Shown here piece by piece: positions 9,085-17,700 of a stretch of 32,000 nucleotides of DNA. The position numbers and the translations under genes were made by a program. The stretch's first letter is position 1, and each line of letters opens with the position of its first letter. The stretch is from Candidatus Heimdallarchaeota archaeon (GTDB lineage Archaea; Asgardarchaeota; Heimdallarchaeia; Heimdallarchaeales; Heimdallarchaeaceae): assembly GCA_030668875.1 (NCBI GenBank), contig DAOVER010000009.1, positions 30,001-62,000 of the forward strand. The letters are read 5' to 3'. The notes under the pieces are model-generated. The model ran no database searches. It was not told the origin of the DNA and was given only the letters and a program-made list of their open reading frames with translations.

Positions 9085-9615
9085 ATGACAAGCTACAAGT
9101 ATACTTTCAAGATTCTATTACTCGGAGATGGAGCTGTTGGAAAAACAAGTCTAGTTCAGAGATTTATACACAACAAATTCCAATCTGGTTATCTTATGAC
9201 AATAGGAATGGAACCTTATTCAAGATTTGAAACTATCAAAGACACAAGAATATGCCTCCAATTATGGGATATTGCAGGTCAGGACCGTTTTGCTTCGATG
9301 AGACAAATCTTTTTCAAAGGTAGTTTAGGGGCTCTTGTCACATACGATATTACTCGACGTCAATCTTTTGAGAATCTTAAGACATGGATAAAGGAAGCTC
9401 AAAATGAAAGTCCTCGTATCATGCTTTTGCTCGTAGGTAATAAAAACGATCTAGAAGACCTTCGTGATGTATCAACTGAAGAGGGCAAAAAATTTGCTAG
9501 AGAATCTGGATGTATTGGTTTCATTGAAACTAGTGCAAAAAGTGGTACAAATGTCGCGGATGCCTTCATAACAATGGGTGAAGAAATCCTTAATGGAGTA
9601 GAAAGTCGAGACTAA
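9085..9615 (+). CDS. Rab-like small GTPase (Ras superfamily)
   Basis: G1 GDGAVGKT, switch I TIG, G3 WDIAGQ, G4 NKND, G5 ETSAK; Rab-like FFKGSLGALVTYDIT. No C-terminal Cys. Confidence 0.92.
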   Translation: MTSYKYTFKILLLGDGAVGKTSLVQRFIHNKFQSGYLMTIGMEPYSRFETIKDTRICLQLWDIAGQDRFASMRQIFFKGSLGALVTYDITRRQSFENLKTWIKEAQNESPRIMLLLVGNKNDLEDLRDVSTEEGKKFARESGCIGFIETSAKSGTNVADAFITMGEEILNGVESRD

Positions 9616-10136
9616 TCCCAATACATCTCATCTTTATTTTCTGTAAATTGTGTTTGATTATTAGAGATGGGTAGATCTATTTTTGCAAGTTGCTTTCTGA
9701 TTCTTCTAGAGCTAATTATTATCCCTTTCTCATCATAAACAAAGGGTACAACTAAGATAATTAACTGATCCAGTTTATTCATAGTTCTCAGTTTATTGAT
9801 ATCAACAGCTGTTGGGTATGTTTCTTCGGTTACAACAATACCTTCAGCATCAGGAGATGATAGTGCAAAACCATATCTATCATCAATAGCTATTATCTCA
9901 AATTTTTTACATCCTCTTGTGATAAGATATTTTCTTAGTGTTTCTTTTCTTGTTTCAATAGGTTGCATTAGATGAACATGTTTATCACTTCGACGCAAAC
10001 TCTTGGCAAAAACTTCTGTAGTGATTCCAATTCTTACAAAAAAACCAAAGGTAATAGCTGCTTCCAATAGTGCCCTGTGTCCCTGATGAAGATGATCAAA
10101 AGTTCCTCCCAGAATTACTTCATCAACCCATGGCAT
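9612..10136 (-). CDS. coaD: Phosphopantetheine adenylyltransferase (archaeal/eukaryotic type)
   Basis: GGTFDHLHQGH (HxGH), IVVTEET, INKLR, ISSRRIR. ATG at 10136 is preceded by SD-like GAAGGTGA. Confidence 0.88.
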   Translation of the reverse strand: MPWVDEVILGGTFDHLHQGHRALLEAAITFGFFVRIGITTEVFAKSLRRSDKHVHLMQPIETRKETLRKYLITRGCKKFEIIAIDDRYGFALSSPDAEGIVVTEETYPTAVDINKLRTMNKLDQLIILVVPFVYDEKGIIISSRRIRKQLAKIDLPISNNQTQFTENKDEMYWD

Positions 10137-10222
10137 ATTTTTCACCTTCTAATTATGTACTATAGATTCTAGCTTCGCTTTAAATCTTCCTTAAAGGCCA
10201 TGAGAATAATATAGTAAAATAA

Positions 10223-10310
10223 TGGTGCCGCGAGCCGGAATTGAACCGGCACCTAGGGAATTTTGCTAATCATCCACAATCCCCAACGCTAACCATTACG
10301 CCATCGCAGC
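10223..10310 (-). tRNA. tRNA-His(GUG) with a 13-nt intron at 37/38 (10261-10273) and encoded CCA
   Basis: Cloverleaf: acceptor GCTGCGA/TCGCGGC, D-arm GCGT-AATGGTTA-GCGT, anticodon stem GGGGA/TCCCT with loop TT-GTG-G[intron]T, T-arm GCCGG-TTCAATT-CCGGC, then A-CCA. Mature length 75 nt. Confidence 0.9.
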
Positions 10311-10410
10311 AATACAATACCTTCATTCTGCTACTCTTTTTTAAAAATTGTTGTTGGATACTAATCAATCTAATGGGTACGTTTTTATTTATTGCTTTTT
10401 TTCTTTCCTC

Positions 10411-10890
10411 ATGAGCACTGGAAAAATCATTGTTCAATTACATAACTTCAGTAGTATCAACCTTTGTCGAGAATTCACTAAGATTTCATTAGGTTTAGGT
10501 GCAAGAGATATAATTTTCACTAAGGCTGCTGGAACTGGTGCTACTACTGGTGTTCCAATTGCACAAAAGTTAGCACATGCGAAGAAAGCTAATGTTTTGT
10601 ATCTTCAAGAGATTGAAGATGCTATTGAGCTAACCTCACCTGACGAAGTGTATTTATTCATTAAACGACCTTTCTCAAAGGAAAATTTTAACGCTAATAC
10701 TATCATTGAAAATTATAAGGAAGGAAAAACTATTTTACTCATCTTTGGTGGAGCTGATCCTGGCATAACAAAAAGAGAGTTAGAATTAGGAGCCCCTGTT
10801 TACTTTAACAAGGTCAAAGAGCTAGGTTGTTTAGGAGAGGTAACCCTATCACTTTATTTATTAAGAAATCTAATTGAAGAAAAGGATTAA
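10411..10890 (+). CDS. SPOUT-superfamily RNA methyltransferase-like protein (COG4080-type archaeal family)
   Basis: IVQLHNFSS, FTKAAGTGATTGVPIAQKLA, EIEDAIEL..PD, knot-like LIFGGADPGIT. ATG at 10411 sits about 20 nt after a TATA-like TTTTTATTTA. Confidence 0.7.
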   Translation: MSTGKIIVQLHNFSSINLCREFTKISLGLGARDIIFTKAAGTGATTGVPIAQKLAHAKKANVLYLQEIEDAIELTSPDEVYLFIKRPFSKENFNANTIIENYKEGKTILLIFGGADPGITKRELELGAPVYFNKVKELGCLGEVTLSLYLLRNLIEEKD

Positions 10891-11423
10891 ATTATATCTT
10901 CTTCTTGAATGATTAATCTAACTAAGTTTGTGAATGCCATTTCTGTATTAGTTCCATTTTTTGCAGAGGTAAAAAGAAATTCTGCATTTGTGTGATCTTC
11001 AACTAATTGTTTCATATCATCTTCTTTGACTTGAAGTTCAGCTAAATCACATTTGTTTGCCAAGAAAATAACAGGTTTCACCCCTACTACCTCAATAAAC
11101 GATTCAACCCAAGATTTGAGGTTTTCATAAGTAGTCATATTTGATGCATCACAAACTGCAAGAGCACCTTTACTCCCAAAATAATACTTGCTTCTAACCT
11201 TTTTGAACACATCTTGGCCCCCTACATCCCAAATTGCTAAAGTTACCAAATGATTGAGATATTCTACTTCTTTTTTCATTATTGTTGTTCCTAGAGTTAT
11301 CTGATATGAAGGATCAAACATATTTGTAACAAAACGTCTAACTAATGATGTTTTACCAACTCTTGCATCACCAATAAGTACTATTTTACTTGTAGAATGT
11401 ATTTTCTTAGACACGAATCTCAC
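10887..11423 (-). CDS. Rab-like small GTPase (Ras superfamily), second copy
   Basis: G1 GDARVGKT, TLG, G3 WDVGGQ, G4 NKCD, G5 TSAK. GTG start uncertain (11423 or 11414). Confidence 0.9.
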   Translation of the reverse strand: MRFVSKKIHSTSKIVLIGDARVGKTSLVRRFVTNMFDPSYQITLGTTIMKKEVEYLNHLVTLAIWDVGGQDVFKKVRSKYYFGSKGALAVCDASNMTTYENLKSWVESFIEVVGVKPVIFLANKCDLAELQVKEDDMKQLVEDHTNAEFLFTSAKNGTNTEMAFTNLVRLIIQEEDII

Positions 11424-11475
11424 TTATGTTTAATATTTATCAATCTGATATTTATGTATGCTGATGTTTTTTCAC

Positions 11476-12330
11476 TCACTTTTCAGCATAGAAAGCAACT
11501 GAACCATATCCTACAACACTGCTTTTATCACCTGATGTATCACCTGAAGTAGCGTATTTTAGAAGTCTAGCTTTTTTTCTTCCCATTCTCTTTGCTGCTT
11601 CAATAGTACCAGCTATTGGTCCAATACCGCACATTGAAACGTTTAATCGATACTTAATATCATACATCTCTTTTGAATCCATTTGTTCAATAGTTTCCAA
11701 AATCAGATTATCCTTTTCAGTTGCGATGTTGTGAGATTCAAAATGAGTGAAATCACTACTTGCTATAACAAGAACATTTTTTCCATGGCACACTTTTGCT
11801 ATAATTTCACCCATCATCATACTTGCATCATAAACTTGATTGAGCATAGCAATTGGTACAAAATTAAACGGTTTATCGAAAATATACTGTAAGAAAGGAA
11901 GTTGAACCTCTATCGAATGCTCACGTGCATGAGAATCATCATTCTTTCGTATTAAGCTTGAACAATTTAATAGTTCCTCAATTAGTTCATGGTTAACCTC
12001 AATTTCACCTAAAGGAGTTCTCCAAGATTCAACCTTGTTTGGGACTCCTATATCAGCACCAAATCCAGTATGATTCGGTCCGAGGATTATTACAGTACTA
12101 GGACGAGGGTATTTGCTGAGTTCCAAATAACTCCATGCTGCAACGGGACCGCTATAGACATATCCTGCATGTGGGACTAAAAGGAAAGGAAATGGATCAG
12201 TTTCAACTGGTTCCTTATGAGGGAGCTGTTGAGGACCAAGAGAACATGTGAAATTGTTTTCAATTGATTCTTTGAGGTGATCTGAATTACCAGGATAAAA
12301 TGAACCAGCATATTGAGCGTTCCTTATCAT
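11476..12330 (-). CDS. MEMO1 family protein (AmmeMemoRadiSam system protein B)
   Basis: R.AQYAGSFYP, PHAGYVYSG, GPNHTG, EHSIEVQLPF, SSDFTH, MCG, YATSGD, VVGYGS. Confidence 0.92.
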   Translation of the reverse strand: MIRNAQYAGSFYPGNSDHLKESIENNFTCSLGPQQLPHKEPVETDPFPFLLVPHAGYVYSGPVAAWSYLELSKYPRPSTVIILGPNHTGFGADIGVPNKVESWRTPLGEIEVNHELIEELLNCSSLIRKNDDSHAREHSIEVQLPFLQYIFDKPFNFVPIAMLNQVYDASMMMGEIIAKVCHGKNVLVIASSDFTHFESHNIATEKDNLILETIEQMDSKEMYDIKYRLNVSMCGIGPIAGTIEAAKRMGRKKARLLKYATSGDTSGDKSSVVGYGSVAFYAEK

Positions 12331-12371
12331 ATGTTAACAAAGGAATAATGGAATAAAAAGTATGCCCTCAA

Positions 12372-14717
12372 CTAAGGTATGATATGAAAGTCTAGTTGCA
12401 TGTTATTCATAAGCGAGACTATTTTCTTCCCTTCTTCAGAACCTAGTGGAATACTATTAATCTGACGTATTCTTATTTCGTCTTTTCCTTTATCCTTCGT
12501 TTTCTTAAAATAATCTTGTATGGTACTTAAGATAAACATCATATTATGATCATCACTAAATTCAGGTAAAATTTCGATGTTGTTTATGTATTCAACTTTC
12601 TGTTGTTTCTTAAAGTGAAGAGCTGCGATAGGTTCTTCATTCTTAAGAATAAGTTCTGCAAAGTCTGTGGGCATAGATCTAAGAAAGAATGATCTAAGTT
12701 TGAAACGTTTAAGGAGATATTCTTTGTATAATAGAATTAACGGATCTGCTCTTGGTAAATAAACGAAATTCACTCCACTTTTATCATTTGGTTCTTCGCT
12801 TTTCTGATAAACATAAGCTGTTATTGACTTCTCTATTACCTTTGTTGTAAACTGCACATCCCTCTCTTCTTCGAGAAATCTTCCAGTTCGAACGTTCTTT
12901 GAAGCAATTAGCTCCTTAAGATATACTTCCAATTGAGTGTTAGAAAGACCAGTAAGGTTTGCTAATTGCCTAATAGAGAGTGGTAAATTAGAAGAGAGTA
13001 TTCTATAAATTATTTCTAACCATGCATCTCTTTGTGAATTTACAGATTTTGTTCTTAAATTATTCAAAAACTTAGGAACAGATAACCAAATTACTTGATT
13101 TGAAACATTCTTGGTTTGAATAATTTTGCATGCAGATTCTAGACGATGTAAAGTTGATAACAGCACTCTATCAGATAGATTCAGCGAGCTTTTCAGTTGT
13201 TTGAAATTCACTTTTTCCTTTTGCTTAATTGTATTAAGAGCTCTTTCCTCGAGTACACCTACGTTTCTCGCAGGGCTAAGTTTTGCATAATAGGAATAAT
13301 CTTCTGAATTGATTAATCCTCTAGGAAAACTGCTATACTTACCACGAACAATCTTTCTATCGATTTGCATCTCATTAAGAATGTGTTCTTTTCCAGTAGA
13401 GATACGAATCAGTAATGATTCATAGGATAGAGGGATACCAACAAAGGATAAGCTTCTAAGTAAATCAGCTTTCGTTGCAATTTGTTTGCTTTTAGTAAGG
13501 AATTGATTGTCTATAAGTAAAGGAAAGACATCTTGAATAGAGATAGATTCTTTGCTGCCTTCAGGTTTGGTCAATTTAGAACGATGATAAGTTAATCCAG
13601 AAGATCTTAGAACATAACCCCGTTGTTTTAGAGTATCAACAAAGGTACGAGATTGATTTACCAGCAGTTCAGACTGCATTTTGGGGAAAACAAGGATTTT
13701 TCCTTTATTCTCTGAAAATTCTTGTATTTTGTTTTGAATTTTTTCTTCAAGAGGAATGAATGCTGAATTTTTGATGAGATTAATCACATGTAACTTATCA
13801 CCAATTACTTTGTAATCAAATGTACAAACAGGTTTTCCAGAAACAAAAACAATTTCTTTTTGAATATCTTGTAGTACTGTAAAATCAGCTGAAGACCAAT
13901 AAATCGAATATGGATCTGTAGCCGGAAGAATCTCAATTTGATAGGATTTTTCCTTTGTTTCTTTTTCATCATACTCTTTTAAAAATTCTAATTCATCAGC
14001 AGCCAGAAACCCTTCATAACTGGAATTCTCAATGAAAGGTCCTCTAACTATCTTTTTACTCTCATATAATTCGATTATACTTGTACTTACTCTACTTCCA
14101 GATAAATTAAGGATGGACATAATCTGAGGTACAGTTATTGGACCAAAACTCTTTATGATTTTATAGATTAATTCTTGGATAGCAGACGATTGACTTTTGG
14201 ATTCTTCCTTAAGTAACATTTCAGAGCTGTAAATAGTCCAACGAGTACCATCGTAAAACATGAACACTTGAAAATTTATCCTTAGTTCAGAAAGTATATC
14301 CATTACTTCTTCTTTCTTCAATTTGAACTGTTCGATAATTCTTTGTCTTGTGGATGAACCATGTTCCCTAATGAATTCTAGAACATTTTTTGTCTGTGGT
14401 TTCTTATAATCTATTTCATCTGATAGATTGCTGTAATAAAGTAATTCAAGATTTTCTCTTCCAACGTAAGCTAGCTTTCCAGATATAAATGGTGCTTGTA
14501 TGAGATGTTTGTTTTTTATTAAAGAAGGAATTAAAGTATGAGAAAATGTTCGCATTCTAGCAAATAGTGATTCTGGGTCTTGAAATTGAACAAGATTATT
14601 CAATATTGATATCGCATGACCGTAATTGATCCCTTTGAACTCAGTGGATAAATTCTGTTTCTCAGATATGTATAGAGATAGTTCTTCGAGGTTTAATGAG
14701 ATTTGTGACACAGACAT
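12372..14717 (-). CDS. AlkZ/YcaQ (HTH_42)-like winged-helix protein with two tandem modules; putative DNA glycosylase partner of Lhr
   Basis: KQNL...LVQFQDPESLFARM (QxQ...LxxR signature), paired winged helices, LPATDPY and LPRADPL motifs. Same module architecture as the Lhr C-terminal region. Confidence 0.6.
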   Translation of the reverse strand: MSVSQISLNLEELSLYISEKQNLSTEFKGINYGHAISILNNLVQFQDPESLFARMRTFSHTLIPSLIKNKHLIQAPFISGKLAYVGRENLELLYYSNLSDEIDYKKPQTKNVLEFIREHGSSTRQRIIEQFKLKKEEVMDILSELRINFQVFMFYDGTRWTIYSSEMLLKEESKSQSSAIQELIYKIIKSFGPITVPQIMSILNLSGSRVSTSIIELYESKKIVRGPFIENSSYEGFLAADELEFLKEYDEKETKEKSYQIEILPATDPYSIYWSSADFTVLQDIQKEIVFVSGKPVCTFDYKVIGDKLHVINLIKNSAFIPLEEKIQNKIQEFSENKGKILVFPKMQSELLVNQSRTFVDTLKQRGYVLRSSGLTYHRSKLTKPEGSKESISIQDVFPLLIDNQFLTKSKQIATKADLLRSLSFVGIPLSYESLLIRISTGKEHILNEMQIDRKIVRGKYSSFPRGLINSEDYSYYAKLSPARNVGVLEERALNTIKQKEKVNFKQLKSSLNLSDRVLLSTLHRLESACKIIQTKNVSNQVIWLSVPKFLNNLRTKSVNSQRDAWLEIIYRILSSNLPLSIRQLANLTGLSNTQLEVYLKELIASKNVRTGRFLEEERDVQFTTKVIEKSITAYVYQKSEEPNDKSGVNFVYLPRADPLILLYKEYLLKRFKLRSFFLRSMPTDFAELILKNEEPIAALHFKKQQKVEYINNIEILPEFSDDHNMMFILSTIQDYFKKTKDKGKDEIRIRQINSIPLGSEEGKKIVSLMNNMQLDFHIIP

Positions 14718-17700
14718 TTATTTCACCAGAGTATATGCGTTTATACCATTTACCTTTTTGATAGAAACTATCGGGGTACTACTACCATGTGAGGGAGAAA
14801 TGGTTTCTATTGCATTAATTATATAATTGAAAGACCCCTCATTCTGAACCCATGGAGCAATATTTAAATCCTTAACAGTAAGTTGCTTTTCGTTACTTGA
14901 TTCAATTTTGCATTGAGCTGCTAATTTTTGGTTTAGCAGAATTAGATAGTTGTCTCCAGAAATATCGAATCTTTCAGGCATATTATTCCTTAACAAAGAA
15001 TGTGCTACATCTGTAGGATGTAGAACATAGAATCGTCCCCTATCCTTTTCTGAGGAATAATCTCTCAAAACTTCAAACTGTTTCTCATGCATAATTAGGT
15101 CATCATAATTCTTTGAAGTGATATAGTAAAAACTCAAATCATCCTCTATGAACCGTCCACCGAATATTTCTTCCTCTTCAATTAGAGCGGATAATATCTC
15201 TTTAATTTTTATCTTTGTTAAAATAACAGGAATAAATGCACGTTCAATTATCTGATTCTCAGAAGGTAACCCTAAGCTGGAAACTATATCTTTTACGTAT
15301 CTTCTTTTGATAACTGTTAAGTCATCATCAAATTCTGGAATGAAATTAGAGATATCCCAATACTCCTGAGGGAGATATGTGTTATTAATTGATCTTACTC
15401 CAATAAGCATATTCGTTTCTAATATCCGTAAAGAGGGTTTTAGCGCCGTACCAGGACCTGTCCACTTATGGGATAAATCTTGTAGATTTGAAGTTCCTTT
15501 TGTTATATGTTTCAAGAGTTCCTCATGTTCAATTTTGAGTTTTCTCCTTTTCCTCAAACCACTTTTTCTGTAACGAGCAAATGTTAAAGAGTATAATTTA
15601 CCATCTTGACAGAGAATTTTCTTTTCCTCTAATAATTTGTTAACTAAGAAGGTAATTATTGCGTTCATTGTCTCTGGAAATCTTGTAATAATCACCTCAA
15701 AACTTAGCACTCCAAAATGGTTGATTAGGGATAGTAAACTGGTTTCATTTATTGCAAGAGAATCTTTTCTTAACCAAACTTTATCCATAACATACTTTGA
15801 TACAATATTTTTTGAGAAGACGCGTGTGATTGTGTCTCCACCCACTAAAGTATCTTGAATTAGAATAAAACCTGTTTTAATTAAAGAATCTTTGATGAAT
15901 TTATTCACTGTTGAAAGGACGGATTTTCCATTTATATCCTCTATTTGTAAACTGAGTACGCGGTGGATTTTTCGAGTATAAGAAACAAGTTCCGATGCAA
16001 TTTTTTGAAGCAATAGGAAATTGTAAGCAACTATATCATCAAGCTGCAAATTATAGATCTGTAGATACTTCCCACGGTGAAGTTTGTACTCAACCGAGCC
16101 TACAACCTCACCATCCAAAAGAATAGGATCAATCTTTCCTTCTCCATAAACATCTCGGATGTGAAGTCTTAACCCTAATTTCGTAAATGGATCAGAACGT
16201 GGAAGGATAAGTGTTTTCTCATCTTCATGTAGAGAGAGGTTGATGAATTCTGCTTTTAGTTTACTAATAGTTTCAAAACGTTTATGAGTCAGATAGTAAT
16301 TAGTTTCTCTAGTTGTGAGTTTCTTTTCGATTATTTTCTTCTTCTTAATTAAATCACGGATATGTTTTTCAACATCACTATACTTGAATCCTGAGATGTG
16401 TGTAAGCTCAATCAAGGATACTGGTCCTAACGATTCTATCAGTTTATTCAAGATGAATTGGATGCTTTTATCATAATCAGGTAATTTATCAAATGTGAAA
16501 TACCTTGATGAGATATCATAAACATTCGGTACAAATTGTTTTGGCAGAAATGAATCAATAGCAACAGACTTTCTCACTAGATGAAGTGTTTTGTCAAGAA
16601 TCATGATGCTTTCTTGTATTATATCCTCGTCAAGATCAATATGTTCAACCAACTCTCTTCTTGTCATTGGTCCATATTTTTGAAGTGTGTTGAGAATTTT
16701 CTCCTCAACCTTAGACAATTCGAACTTTTCTCTGTATGCGACATAGTAATAGGGGAAATGCTCTCTACTCACATAAGACAATCTATTATGACTAAATCTT
16801 CCTTGAATGATTTCGTTTTTTTCAACAAGCTCTCTTACCCAATCAATATCGTAATCTTTAATTCTGAATGCCAAAGAACTCAAATCTGCAATAGAACCAA
16901 AGTCATCTAACAGATACAATATGCTTTCTTTTCCAATAAGAGCTTGTTTAAAATAAGAATCAACAGTGAAATAATAATGAACGAAATTTAGTTCTTCTGA
17001 GGTTAATAATAGTGAATCCTGTTTTCGATTACTCAAATTCCTTAGTAGTTCTCTATCTTCAAGTCTAATAAATTGAGGTTCGAGTGTGGAGGCAATAATC
17101 TGTCCTTTTAGAATCTTATTCTTTTGTTCTAACTCCATAAGAGTTCTTGAGATTTTCTCTTGATCTAGAAGAAGGTATTCAACTATATCACTTTCCGACG
17201 AAGGACCATTGGTTTTTAGATATCGTAGAACAATGTTCTCCAAACAAACTTCAGGATCAAGCTTCCTGGCTTTTACTCTAAACGATTCTGGAACAAAATC
17301 TTCTATTGAAATATATTTCCAAGTTGTTTTTCCTTTATATGTCTCAAAATCCATTCGAGTTATGAGAATAGCTCGTTCAAGCTTTTCAAGACTTAATTTA
17401 ACCTCTTGATTTGGAAGCTCTAAATCCGCTGAGATTTTTGTAGAAGATATAGGAAATTTTTCTTTGACTAAGTCAAGAATTTGTTTATCTTTTTCTGAAA
17501 GCTCAATTGACTGCAAATATATGTTCCAATAGAGGGGAAAATCCTCCAAAGAGATAGTTCTTCGTTCTGTTTGAGAAAGATAAATCTCCATGAACTCTTT
17601 ATTATTGTGTAAAGCAAAAGCCCACGATTTAATTTGTTTGGGGTCAGAAATACAGCGATGATATATGCTAGGAGGCACACTTTCTATTGTTCTTATTGGA

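Noticed and set aside
10251-10285. Alternative anticodons (AGC/Ala or GCA/Cys) read from the TTAGCAAAA segment
   Set aside because: No intron placement gives a 7-nt loop with U33 closed by the GGGGA stem. GUG fits both the cloverleaf and the bulge-helix-bulge.
10348-10890. RecB-family nuclease label and the longer TTG start for this gene
   Set aside because: No PD-(D/E)xK motif is visible and the sequence pattern is SPOUT-like. The upstream extension is low-complexity T-rich promoter sequence.
9085-11423. Prenylation (CC/CXC/CAAX) signals on the Rab-like GTPases
   Set aside because: Neither C-terminus contains cysteine (..GVESRD, ..QEEDII).
14718-14720. Selenocysteine or pyrrolysine recoding at the lhr/partner junction
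   Set aside because: The stop is TAA, not TGA or TAG.
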